This document shows, piece by piece, positions 10,140 to 20,319 of a stretch of 64,000 bases of DNA. Made by a program: the position numbers and the translations under genes. The notes beneath the pieces were generated by a model. It was not told the DNA's origin and made no database searches. It saw only the letters and a list, made by a program, of their open reading frames with translations. This stretch comes from an uncultured Alphaproteobacteria bacterium (GTDB lineage Bacteria; Pseudomonadota; Alphaproteobacteria; Rs-D84): assembly GCA_949156565.1 (NCBI GenBank), contig CASCZI010000001.1, positions 33,908 through 97,907 of the forward strand, read 5' to 3'. The first letter of the stretch is position 1, and each line of letters opens with the position of its first letter.

Positions 10140-11970
10140 GTTCTGCGTTTTTACGCGTCTTTTTACGAATGTTACTATCGAGTTCTTTTTTGCGTAACCG
10201 AATCGTATCTGGGGTTACTTCGACCAATTCATCATCTTGGATGTATGACAATGCCTCTTCCAGCGAGATGCGCCGCGGCGGGGCCAAGAATAATTTTTCA
10301 TCTGCCGTGACCGACCGCATATTGGTTAATTCTTTGCCCTTGATGGGATTAACCTCCAGATCATTTTCTTTGGTGTGTTCACCAATAATCATCCCTGAAT
10401 AAACCTGGGTTTGTGGTTCAATAAAGAGTGTCCCCCGCGGTTGCAAATTAAACAAGGCGTACGTGGCCGCGGCCCCGTTTTCCATTGATACCAACACACC
10501 CGGACGATATTGTGATATCGCCCCGCGATAGGGACCGTATTCGGCAAAAACCCGGTTCATAATGCCGGTTCCCCGTGTATCGGTCCGAAATTCCGATAAA
10601 TATCCAATTAATCCCCGTGATGGTGCGGAAAAAACAATACGTGTTTTCCCAACGCCCGATGGCTTCATTTCTGTAATGGTGGCCTTGCGTAATGTCATCT
10701 TTTCAATCACAACACCCGAAAATTCATCATCAACATCAATCACCACATCTTCGATCGGTTCCAATATCTGACCGGATTGATCGGTATGGGTGACAACGCG
10801 GGGGCGACTTACACTTAATTCAAAACCTTCGCGGCGCATGGTTTCAATCAAAATCCCCAATTGCAATTCACCCCGCCCCGACACTTCGAACGATTCATTA
10901 TTCTCGCTTTGTTTCACTTTTAATGCAATGTTCGTTTCGGCTTCTTTGAACAATCTTTCCCCAATCATCCGAGAGGTCAGTTTTTTCCCACCCGATCGGC
11001 CCGCCAGGGGCGAAGTGTTCACAAAAAATGTCATGGTTAATGTCGGCGGATCAATCGGCAATGCCGGAATCGGTTCCGTCACCGATAAATCGCATAATGT
11101 ATCCGCCACCGTCGCCCGCGAAAATCCGGCCACAACGACAATGTCACCCGCACTGGCCGTATCACGCGACACCTTTTCAACACCGCGATGTTCAATAATC
11201 TTGGTGATTTTTGCCTGTTCGACCAATTCCCCTTTCATATTAATGGCCTTGACCGGTTGACCCACCTTGACCGTTCCACTTTCGATCTTGCCGGTTAAAA
11301 TTCGACCGACATAGGGATCTGCCTCTAACGTGGTGGCCAACATACGAAATGGGGCATCCAATTGGCAACGGGTGCCATTGCAATCGGGCGCCGGCACATG
11401 ATCAACAATTAATTGAAACAGCGGTGCTAAATCTTTCTTTTCATCATTTAAATCGCGAACCGCCCATCCATCGCGGCCCACAGAATATAAATATGGGAAA
11501 TCCAATTGTGAATCCGTTGCCCCCAATTTATCGAACAAATCAAACGTTTCATTCAATACTTCGTCCGGGCGGGCATCACTGCGATCAACCTTGTTAATGC
11601 ATACAATCGGCCGCAGACCCAATTTCAATGCCTTGGACAACACAAATTTGGTTTGGGGCAATGGTCCCTCGGAACTGTCGACCAATAAAACCACCCCATC
11701 CACCATGGATAAGATACGTTCTACTTCGCCACCAAAATCCGCATGCCCGGGCGTATCAACAATATTGATTTTATATTCGCCCCATTGAATCGATGTGGGT
11801 TTGGCCGAAATGGTAATCCCACGTTCACGTTCGATATCCCCACTGTCCATGACGCGATCATCAACCTTTTCATTGGCACGGAATGTTCCGGCCTGTTTTA
11901 ACATGTTATCGACCAGTGTGGTTTTCCCATGGTCAACGTGTGCAATAATTGCAATGTTGCGAATTTTCAT
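10135..11970 (-). CDS. typA: Translational GTPase TypA/BipA
   Basis: IAHVDHGKTT, DTPGHADFGGEVER, GRGELQL, EVTPDTIRLRK. Confidence 0.97.
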   Translation of the reverse strand: MKIRNIAIIAHVDHGKTTLVDNMLKQAGTFRANEKVDDRVMDSGDIERERGITISAKPTSIQWGEYKINIVDTPGHADFGGEVERILSMVDGVVLLVDSSEGPLPQTKFVLSKALKLGLRPIVCINKVDRSDARPDEVLNETFDLFDKLGATDSQLDFPYLYSVGRDGWAVRDLNDEKKDLAPLFQLIVDHVPAPDCNGTRCQLDAPFRMLATTLEADPYVGRILTGKIESGTVKVGQPVKAINMKGELVEQAKITKIIEHRGVEKVSRDTASAGDIVVVAGFSRATVADTLCDLSVTEPIPALPIDPPTLTMTFFVNTSPLAGRSGGKKLTSRMIGERLFKEAETNIALKVKQSENNESFEVSGRGELQLGILIETMRREGFELSVSRPRVVTHTDQSGQILEPIEDVVIDVDDEFSGVVIEKMTLRKATITEMKPSGVGKTRIVFSAPSRGLIGYLSEFRTDTRGTGIMNRVFAEYGPYRGAISQYRPGVLVSMENGAAATYALFNLQPRGTLFIEPQTQVYSGMIIGEHTKENDLEVNPIKGKELTNMRSVTADEKLFLAPPRRISLEEALSYIQDDELVEVTPDTIRLRKKELDSNIRKKTRKNAEQ

Positions 11971-12115
11971 CTTAAACTGCCTTGGTATATGTTATATTTG
12001 GGCAATTTTATATGATAAATATCTGATTTTCAAGAAATATATAAAAAATATTGACTTTTAATATTTTTTGTCTATTATAAAACAATTAACGGTTTATCCA
12101 ACCAAAGGGTACATC

Positions 12116-13333
12116 ATGCATAATGAACAGATTTTGAACGAAATTCGTGAAACGTTGGACAATTTTTACGGTGCGGCGCGTTATTGCGTCATGCATCAAT
12201 GGCGCCAAATGACAATGGTTCAACGGCGGGGTGCGGTGGGTGCACTGATGTTGATGCGCGATGTTGCACAAAATCCAGGGAACTATTTTTCACGCAACGC
12301 CACGATCAATGATTGGCAATTGCGTTCTATTGAATATATTCAAACCAAAAACGGTCCCAAGCTTGCCCGGATATACAGTATGAAGGTCCGGCCCGGTGAC
12401 CGATTGGCCAGTCGTGTTGGCCAGGCGTTGGACACCACACTGGAACGGAAATTTATGTTTTCGAATTTCTGCAATGCCATTGTCGACTGGGAATATGGTC
12501 GGACATCTACAAATCCCCATTGCCAGGCCCAGGCATTTATGCATATTGACAAGGTACGCGATATTATGCAAGAATCGAAAACCTGGAAAAAGGCATATCC
12601 GAAAAAGCGTCAAAAAAATCCAGTCATGGATGCAGCGACCATAGAGGAAAAACCAACGTCCCAAGATGCAAAACAAAAATCTGTGGATATGGTTTTGACC
12701 AACGAAAACGCGGCGACACAACCAATACATACCGTTGATGCGCCAATGGAAACGGCCCCCAGAACCACGGCACCGGCAATAGACAAATCGGTTTTAACAC
12801 CGCGTTGTGATTGGCAATCGGTTCGGGTTTATGATTCCATCTATACGTTGGATCCCATCGAAAAAATGGTTCGATCATTGGCCCAAACGCCCGTTCAGAC
12901 ATCATGTGATACCCCAAAATCTGATGCACGAACGCCGTCCAATGATACATCGGTTGCCGTTGTGGTATCATTGCCCCTGGTGGCCCAATACCCTGTTCAG
13001 ACGTCAAACCTGGATTATAAATCCGTTTACGTCCAGGCTGATGACCAGAATTTGGTACCGGTATCGGACCATCTTGATCCAGAAATTACCACGGCGTTGG
13101 TTTTGGTTGATCATCCAATCAATGCATTGGTCCCGGTTGAAAAAAACAAATCCCTTGTTGCCCGGAATAAAAAACCAATACCGGGGTGGGTATGTAAAAT
13201 GGAATCAGGATATGTTTTTGGCCCGTTAATAAACACCGATTTTTCGGGTGCAGAGTACCAAAAATCTGTCCAATCCGAAAACCGTGTAATCACAAGTGTC
13301 TTGATCCAAAAGAATCGCACATATACAAAGTAA
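12116..13333 (+). CDS. Hypothetical protein
   Basis: Long ORF after a TTGACT..TATTAT promoter-like site; no recognisable motif. Confidence 0.7.
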   Translation: MHNEQILNEIRETLDNFYGAARYCVMHQWRQMTMVQRRGAVGALMLMRDVAQNPGNYFSRNATINDWQLRSIEYIQTKNGPKLARIYSMKVRPGDRLASRVGQALDTTLERKFMFSNFCNAIVDWEYGRTSTNPHCQAQAFMHIDKVRDIMQESKTWKKAYPKKRQKNPVMDAATIEEKPTSQDAKQKSVDMVLTNENAATQPIHTVDAPMETAPRTTAPAIDKSVLTPRCDWQSVRVYDSIYTLDPIEKMVRSLAQTPVQTSCDTPKSDARTPSNDTSVAVVVSLPLVAQYPVQTSNLDYKSVYVQADDQNLVPVSDHLDPEITTALVLVDHPINALVPVEKNKSLVARNKKPIPGWVCKMESGYVFGPLINTDFSGAEYQKSVQSENRVITSVLIQKNRTYTK

Positions 13334-13353
13334 ATAGCATAGAGAGGTAGAAA

Positions 13354-13806
13354 ATGATACATAAAAAGATTGATTATGAATTAACTGTGAAAAAGTTTTT
13401 AAAAAATGCGTGGGCGTTCTTTGATAACCGTATGGGTAATGCCCCCAACATGTGGGAATATGATGGCGCCCAGAAAGCAGCAGAACGCATAAACACAATT
13501 TTGCATGCATACCCAGAATTTTTTCGGGATATTCATTCACGCGATGCCATGTTCAATATGTTTAACAAATGGGCGTTTGCCCGTTTGGGTGGCCCAGATA
13601 ACGGCATCCGCACTGCATTTATCAATGCGATGTGGGCGGCGGCAAAAATGCAGAAAAAGCCATCCAAAGAAAACCGCACAAAATTCTTGTGGATGTTAAA
13701 AAAATGGAATCATACAACATCAACCAACATGTTTAAAGATTTGTATTATCCGTTTTTGTCGCCTGCGACTTTTGCGGTCAAGGAAAAATCAAGTCATGCG
13801 CGTTAA
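13354..13806 (+). CDS. Hypothetical protein
   Basis: GAGG RBS; 150 aa; followed by terminator. Confidence 0.7.
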   Translation: MIHKKIDYELTVKKFLKNAWAFFDNRMGNAPNMWEYDGAQKAAERINTILHAYPEFFRDIHSRDAMFNMFNKWAFARLGGPDNGIRTAFINAMWAAAKMQKKPSKENRTKFLWMLKKWNHTTSTNMFKDLYYPFLSPATFAVKEKSSHAR

Positions 13807-13808
13807 AG

Positions 13809-13833
13809 AAAAACCGGCATATGCCGGTTTTTT
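13809..13833. terminator. Bidirectional terminator
   Basis: AAAAACCGGCATATGCCGGTTTTTT between convergent genes. Confidence 0.8.
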
Positions 13834-13857
13834 ATGTGCCCCCTACTATGGGGTGAT

Positions 13858-15135
13858 TTAATGTTTCCCACCAATCTTGGTGCGTCCACCCATTAATGGT
13901 TGCAAGGCGCACGGAATATTCACCGATCCGTCGGCATTTTGGTGATTTTCAATAATGGGAACCAATGCGCGCGGCACGGCGATACCGGTATTATTTAATG
14001 TGGCACAAAATTGCACCGACCCATCGGCGGCACGATACCGGGTATTGGTGCGACGCGCCTGAAACGTGCCGATGGACGAACAACTGCCCAATTCTTTATA
14101 TCCATTTTCTGATGGAACCCATGCCTCTACATCATTCATCTTGACCTTGTTAAAGCCCATATCACCGGTTGAATTGGCCAAGACACGATATGGCAATTGC
14201 AAATCTGCCATAATATCACACAGGTTCTGTAACAGTTGTTCGTGCATATCATCACTTTGATCGGGGGTACAAAAAACGTATTGTTCCACCTTGTTAAATT
14301 GATGTACCCGAACCAGCCCCCGGGTATCCCGCCCGGCCGCGCCGGCCTCTTTACGAAAACATGGTGAAAATCCCGCATATTTAATGGGCAAATCTTTTTC
14401 ATTTAATATTTCCCCCGCATGCATGGAATTCATCACAATTTCGGACGTGCCGGCCAAACAACGATCCGTCCCGGCCAACATAAAGACATCATCATTCATC
14501 ACCGACATATCTGATCCCATAAAATGCCCGGCGTTAAAGATTGTTTCCGGCTTGGTTATTGCGGGACATTCGATTAATGTAAATCCGCGACCAACCAATT
14601 TTTGAATCACATATGTTTCCACCGCCCGTTGGAGTTCGGCCCCCTCGCCCATCAGGGCATATGTACGTGATCCACAAATCTTGGAAATTTTTTCTGGGGC
14701 CCACCATCCATTCATATCTAACAAATCCCATTGGGGACGTGGGGTAAAATCAAAAACCCGTGGTGTGCCAACACGCCGAATTTCGACATTTGCCGTGTCG
14801 TCCGGTCCAATGGGTGCGTCCGGTGACGGAATTTGGGGCACACGATGCAATAAATCATTTAATCGTGCATCGGCCGCGGCCAATTCGGTCATATCGGCGG
14901 CAATTTCATCCCCTATTTTCTTTGATGCTGCGATCAATGGGGCCTTGTCGGTGGCGGTGGCAATATCGCGACTTATTTTATTTTTTTCGGCGGTTTTTGC
15001 CTGGGTTATTGTTTTTAATTCCCGCACACGCGCATCCAGTGTTAATATCGCGTCCGTTACATCTTCAAACCCTTTGACATGACATGCGTTTTTAACCACA
15101 TCTGGGTTTTCGCGAATATATTTAAGGTCCAGCAT
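13858..15135 (-). CDS. serS: Serine-tRNA ligase
   Basis: MLDLKYIR, GTSE, CFRKEAGAAGRDTRGLVRVHQFNKVE, TLNNTG. Confidence 0.97.
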   Translation of the reverse strand: MLDLKYIRENPDVVKNACHVKGFEDVTDAILTLDARVRELKTITQAKTAEKNKISRDIATATDKAPLIAASKKIGDEIAADMTELAAADARLNDLLHRVPQIPSPDAPIGPDDTANVEIRRVGTPRVFDFTPRPQWDLLDMNGWWAPEKISKICGSRTYALMGEGAELQRAVETYVIQKLVGRGFTLIECPAITKPETIFNAGHFMGSDMSVMNDDVFMLAGTDRCLAGTSEIVMNSMHAGEILNEKDLPIKYAGFSPCFRKEAGAAGRDTRGLVRVHQFNKVEQYVFCTPDQSDDMHEQLLQNLCDIMADLQLPYRVLANSTGDMGFNKVKMNDVEAWVPSENGYKELGSCSSIGTFQARRTNTRYRAADGSVQFCATLNNTGIAVPRALVPIIENHQNADGSVNIPCALQPLMGGRTKIGGKH

Positions 15136-15372
15136 GATTTATCATCCTTTGTATTAATGCCCCCAGCATACCGCACACAACCATGGAAATCAATATATTC
15201 ATTGGTGGGAAATAAAAAAACAGCCCCGTGGGGGCTGTCCCGCATATCAGGATGTATTAAAGTCAACAGAACGCTTTTGGCATGCGCTTCTAAAAAGGTC
15301 GGGTTCATTTTATTTGCGTCTTTCTGATGGTTATGGTATGCTGATGTCACCATAGACAAGGAGATTTTACAT

Positions 15373-16272
15373 ATGGATATGTATGACGTGATTATTTTGG
15401 GATCTGGCCCGGCCGGATTGACGGCGGCCCTTTATGCGGCCCGCGCCAACAAACGGACGATTGTTCTGGGGGGGGATCGTTTGGGTGGCCAAACGGCCGG
15501 GATTGCCAAATTGGAAAACTATCCCGGTTTTTTGGGATCGGGAATGGAACTGTCTGAATTTATGAAGCGCCAGGCAGAAACATTCGGCGCAGAAATTGTA
15601 ATGGTATCCGCCAAAACGATTTCTGGCGACAGCGAAAGCGGATTTAACATTTTGGCCGATGACAATAAACGCTATGTCGGAAAAACCATTATTATTGCCA
15701 CCGGTGCATCACCGCGCAAACTCGAAATCGATGGGGCCCGGGAATTAATGGGCAAAGGTGTTTCTTACTGTGCCACGTGCGACGGATTTTTCTATGCTGA
15801 AAAAGACGTCATGGTCCTGGGCGGCGGAAACAGTGCATTGAACGATGCCCTGTATCTGGCCGATATTGCCAAGAATGTTAAAATTGTTTACCGCAAAGGG
15901 GCCTTTACCCGTGCCGAAGCGGTGTTACGTAACCGCGTGTCCGAACGCGAAAATATCGAATGCTTATTCAACACCGATCTGTCCAAGATCAGACCAACCG
16001 ACGATAATCGCCTGGTTGTCACGACCACAGACGGAACCGAAATCACCATCGATGGGTTGTTTGTGGCCATTGGACATGAGGCGAATACGGACTATCTCTC
16101 TGAAGATGTGACGCGCGATAATATGGGTCGTTTGGCCCCATCGGCATTACCCACCGGTGTTTATGTGGCCGGTGACGTGCATGCCGATATCAAGATGCAA
16201 ATCGCCACCGCCGTTGGTACCGGATGCACTGCGGCCATGGATGCCATTGCGTATTTAAATTCAAAAAGCTGA
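15373..16272 (+). CDS. trxB: Thioredoxin reductase
   Basis: GSGPAG, GVSYCATCDG, GGGNSA, GVYVAGDV. Confidence 0.92.
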   Translation: MDMYDVIILGSGPAGLTAALYAARANKRTIVLGGDRLGGQTAGIAKLENYPGFLGSGMELSEFMKRQAETFGAEIVMVSAKTISGDSESGFNILADDNKRYVGKTIIIATGASPRKLEIDGARELMGKGVSYCATCDGFFYAEKDVMVLGGGNSALNDALYLADIAKNVKIVYRKGAFTRAEAVLRNRVSERENIECLFNTDLSKIRPTDDNRLVVTTTDGTEITIDGLFVAIGHEANTDYLSEDVTRDNMGRLAPSALPTGVYVAGDVHADIKMQIATAVGTGCTAAMDAIAYLNSKS

Positions 16273-16421
16273 TGGAATAAACAATCCATCCGGGCATCGG
16301 TTTTTCGATGCCCGATTATTTTTATCTTTGTGCACGAAATCCGCCATTTTTATGGTTTTTGATATTGGACGTATGGGTGAAAAAATGCGGGATATATTAT
16401 CCCGCATTTATCAAAACTTCC

Positions 16422-16958
16422 CTATATCGCCATACGTCGAACCTCTGGGGTCATTTCATCTTGGAAAAGTTCTGGTTGATCCATCGTTCTTTCAAAACTT
16501 TTGACAAACAAATAATCACTTAGCCGGTTCATATATTGCAACACCGGGGAAAAATTCATTCCATATTTTTCCGATGGCTCACACACCCGGTCATTTTCAG
16601 CCATGGCCACAATCAAACGTTCGGCCCGGCGGCATATCGCCCGTGCCAAAGACACATATCCCCGGGGATTGATAAAATGCGGCGGGATGGAATTATTATG
16701 TCCCGTGATATAGTTTTCTAAATCCCACAGGTGCGCCGCCACGCGTCGTTCATCCACATTTTTATAATAGAAATATCCCATCAGTTCTGACAAGAACGTT
16801 TGAATATCATCAAACTGATCCCCCGCAATCCCCAGTGCACATGACAATTCATCAATTGTTCCCATGATTTCAATCACAGGATGGGTCTTGCTGGCGATGC
16901 GGTCCGGATTTAATTGGGTCATTCCTGTATCACCCGATTTTGTGGTAATTAAGGCCAT
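16422..16958 (-). CDS. PduO-type cob(I)alamin adenosyltransferase
   Basis: TTKSGDTGMT, GTIDEL, ARAICRRAER, YMNRLSDYLF. Confidence 0.9.
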   Translation of the reverse strand: MALITTKSGDTGMTQLNPDRIASKTHPVIEIMGTIDELSCALGIAGDQFDDIQTFLSELMGYFYYKNVDERRVAAHLWDLENYITGHNNSIPPHFINPRGYVSLARAICRRAERLIVAMAENDRVCEPSEKYGMNFSPVLQYMNRLSDYLFVKSFERTMDQPELFQDEMTPEVRRMAI

Positions 16959-17077
16959 GATTAAAACCCCTTGGTTTAAGCATTATCAATGACAAAATGT
17001 AATCCATAATGCTTTTTGTTCGTTTTTTATTTTACGCCTATCCCGTACACTACGTCATGGTATGTACGGGATTTGCA

Positions 17078-18943
17078 CTATACCAATTCGCATCCGCCGG
17101 CGCTGCATGCTGCCTCTGCGCCGAAATTAACGAAATTCTTTTCTTCTTCGATCCGTTCCAGGTGCAAATCGCGTACATGTTCGGCAAAGGCACGATAAAC
17201 ATCTTCATTCGTGTCTTCGAATGGGGCCTGAATATATGTGGCATCCGAATATGGCAACAGTGAAATACCTGTATATTTATCGCGGTTGGCCCACATCCAT
17301 TCACGCACGTCATCCCATTCATGATTTTTAACATTACATGTACATGATACGTTGTTATAGTTTTCACCCCGAACATGGCCCGGCATAACCCAATTTTCAA
17401 AGATGAATTTTACCCGTTCCAAGAAATCAATCGCCGTTTCATTGCGCCGTGTCACGGCCCCATTGGGGGCACGAATAACCATGGAAATCACGCCATTTTT
17501 ATCCGGATTCATTTCTTCATCTTCGATCATTTCCGGGAAATTTTCCACCATGTAATTATATAATGGTTCCATCTTGTTCACGCGCAGACGTCGGATATAA
17601 TGTTTGGCATGCCATGCGTGAATCCCACTGGACGTGCCCAATACCAACGATCCCGTTCCATCTGGTTTGACCGTTGTCATGCGATCGGCGGTTTTAATAC
17701 CAATGGCATCGGCGACGGTTTTATTCGCCCGCTTGACCGCATCAACCGCGGCGGCAAAATCCAAGGCTTTTAAATCCGGATGCGATGCGATACCCGTCAA
17801 TGATACCCCAATCAGGGCCATATCTTCGGCATTCTTTTTCCATTGGGGATCAATATATTTAAAATCAGTATATGCCGCCTGTAATGTGCCCAACACCGCC
17901 GCATAAAATGCACGTTCGTTAAAATCATCTTGGGATTCAACACTGCCCAGATTAACCGACGTTAAATTGCAAAATCCCATTGATGGCATGGATATTTCAC
18001 AACATGGATTAACCAGCCATTCGTTCGAATTGGTCCACACAATGCCCGGTTCCCCACATCCAGAATCTTGGCATTGGGTAAATACGCGATCAAAATCTTC
18101 ACGTGTGGCGGTTGCCCGATCAAATTGCACCGAATTGTTGGCCAATGCCCGTTGTGGGTTTTGTTCCCAGAACCGCCCTTCTTTGGCATGTAACATTAAT
18201 TCATCATCTTTATCAAACAGACAGATCATCGAACTGCGCCGGACACCGCCCGCCAACACGGATTCCGATATGAAACAGCAAATGTCATAACAATCCAATG
18301 ATGTCAACCGCGTCGCCCCAGACGCCAGACGTTCGTTCAACAACCGCGTCAAATTATCCAACGTTGTTTTTAATGGCCCCGACCCGGGCGCGGCGCACAT
18401 ACTGGAATGAATCAAGGCACCTTTGGGCCGGATCGGGGTTAAATCAAATTCAATATCATCACCCGTGACAAAATATGCATGAAATAATGCGCGCGTACAA
18501 TCGGCCCACCCTTCGATTGAATCTTCGGGTGTAAACAGGGTTTTATGCCCACTGCGCGCGGCAAATTCAGGTAATTTATCAATAAAATTGTGACGCACAG
18601 AAAATCCCACCCCGCATCCACATAATAACAGATAGAATAAATCAGAAAATGCCGCCACGGTATCAATCCCAATTGCCGAACAATTATACATCCGTGCGTT
18701 ATTGGCAAGAACCGCCGCCCCACCAAACTGCATCGACCGCATAGACGGCAAAATCTTTTTCGCCCGCACCAATTCATACGCCCGTTCAATTAAATCCGCA
18801 ACCTGGGGGAAACGTGTCAAATGCATCTGTTTATTGCGTTCAATTGTTTCATCCCATGTTTCACGCCGCTTTTTTTCCGGCATGTATTTGGAATATTTCA
18901 TATAATACGTCAAATCAGACAATAATTTCAGAGATTCATTCAT
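17078..18943 (-). CDS. nrdJ: Class II (B12-dependent) ribonucleotide reductase
   Basis: LPSMRS, YNC, GGVRRS, NPCCEI, TTVKPDGT, C-terminal ACSAGGC; ATG 18943 preferred. Confidence 0.9.
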   Translation of the reverse strand: MNESLKLLSDLTYYMKYSKYMPEKKRRETWDETIERNKQMHLTRFPQVADLIERAYELVRAKKILPSMRSMQFGGAAVLANNARMYNCSAIGIDTVAAFSDLFYLLLCGCGVGFSVRHNFIDKLPEFAARSGHKTLFTPEDSIEGWADCTRALFHAYFVTGDDIEFDLTPIRPKGALIHSSMCAAPGSGPLKTTLDNLTRLLNERLASGATRLTSLDCYDICCFISESVLAGGVRRSSMICLFDKDDELMLHAKEGRFWEQNPQRALANNSVQFDRATATREDFDRVFTQCQDSGCGEPGIVWTNSNEWLVNPCCEISMPSMGFCNLTSVNLGSVESQDDFNERAFYAAVLGTLQAAYTDFKYIDPQWKKNAEDMALIGVSLTGIASHPDLKALDFAAAVDAVKRANKTVADAIGIKTADRMTTVKPDGTGSLVLGTSSGIHAWHAKHYIRRLRVNKMEPLYNYMVENFPEMIEDEEMNPDKNGVISMVIRAPNGAVTRRNETAIDFLERVKFIFENWVMPGHVRGENYNNVSCTCNVKNHEWDDVREWMWANRDKYTGISLLPYSDATYIQAPFEDTNEDVYRAFAEHVRDLHLERIEEEKNFVNFGAEAACSAGGCELV

Positions 18944-19008
18944 CTTACGCGCCCTTCCCTTTGCGTTTGGTGCCTGTTTTCTTTTTGAACCCTCCTTTTT
19001 GTTCAAAA

Positions 19009-19234
19009 AATCAACAGATAGTGTTAAATTTAATGATTCGCACACAATATATAGTATTTATAGACGCTATAACTTAAAAAAATTACACAAAGTAATATTC
19101 TTTTCTCTTGACCTTTGATTTCCCCAAGGAATCCGGGACTTTTACGAATCGTCCCAACGATAAAATTGACACCAAGCCTTATTTCGTATCAACATATTGA
19201 CGACACATTGCTATTTTGTACCTATATTTTGTGT
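19009..19234. promoter_or_regulatory. Four NrdR-box-like sites in two tandem pairs
   Basis: 16-mers at 19009 (AATCAACAGATAGTGT), 19042 (ACACAATATATAGTAT), 19187 (TATCAACATATTGACG), 19219 (TACCTATATTTTGTGT) resemble acaCwAtATaTwGtgt; pair spacing 33 and 32 bp; upstream of nrdJ. Confidence 0.65.
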
Positions 19235-19296
19235 TTTTGGCAAATATTCCTATAAAAATATCCCCCATGGGGGGATGATTATGTGGCAAAAGAAAA

Positions 19297-20319
19297 TTAT
19301 TCTTTACCAGAAATAAATGCGGTTATTTGATGACGCAATTGTGATGCCCACCAATAGGGGGGGCTATTTAACGCACCGGCATCAACAACCCCCTTAAGAT
19401 ATTGACGCGCCATCGCCCGATCGGCATCATTATCGAGATAACGCACCTTGCGAAAGGCCCATTTAATAAACAACCACAGAAAGTTTTTTTGCCATTGATT
19501 CATTTGATAGGGTGTGGCACATCTTTCATATAGACCATAGGCCGATTGAATACCGATACACACACTTTGCATTATTTTTAATTGCTTGGCCGACAAGACA
19601 ATTCCACCAAAATTGGGAACATAAAAATAAAGAGGCAACGCCGTAATCGTTACACGGGGATTACGTAACATAACCGCACTCCACCATGGCATATCTTCGA
19701 ACAAAATACCCTTTATAAAGGGGATATCGGCGATTAATTCGCGGCGATACATGTTTTTCCATACCTGACAATGCTTAATTTTCCACTTTTTATCACGGGA
19801 CCATCTATTATGGCTAAATTCTGTGGCATAGGCATAAATATCATCAGTAACACGTGTTTTGATTTGATCAATATCATAATGCCGATGCATGCGGCCCGGC
19901 ACCACCGAATCCGTATCCAAATGCAGAAAATGGCGAACCATCAATTGCGGCCGATAAATCCGATCATATGTCCATGATACAATGTCCGATCCATCCCGTG
20001 TGGCCATATAATGGGCAATTTCCATTGTTTGGGGATGAATAAAATCATCACTATCAAGATACATGATATATTCACCTGTGGCGTGGGTCATCCCCACGTT
20101 GCGCGCATCCGACAGCCCCCCGTTTTCTTTGTTCACAATAACAAATCTTTTGTCGCGCGCCGCGTATTCGGCCAAAATTTTATCGGACCCATCCGGACTG
20201 CCATCATTAACACATATTGCCTGCCAATCTGAAAATGTCTGATTTAACACACTATCCAGACAGCGCCGCAAATATTTTTCCACATTATAGACCGGAATAA
20301 TAATCGAAATAATGGGCAT
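19297..20319 (-). CDS. Glycosyltransferase family 2
   Basis: ISIIIPVYNVEKYL, NDGSPD, NGGLSDARN, LDSDD, FED. Confidence 0.92.
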   Translation of the reverse strand: MPIISIIIPVYNVEKYLRRCLDSVLNQTFSDWQAICVNDGSPDGSDKILAEYAARDKRFVIVNKENGGLSDARNVGMTHATGEYIMYLDSDDFIHPQTMEIAHYMATRDGSDIVSWTYDRIYRPQLMVRHFLHLDTDSVVPGRMHRHYDIDQIKTRVTDDIYAYATEFSHNRWSRDKKWKIKHCQVWKNMYRRELIADIPFIKGILFEDMPWWSAVMLRNPRVTITALPLYFYVPNFGGIVLSAKQLKIMQSVCIGIQSAYGLYERCATPYQMNQWQKNFLWLFIKWAFRKVRYLDNDADRAMARQYLKGVVDAGALNSPPYWWASQLRHQITAFISGKE

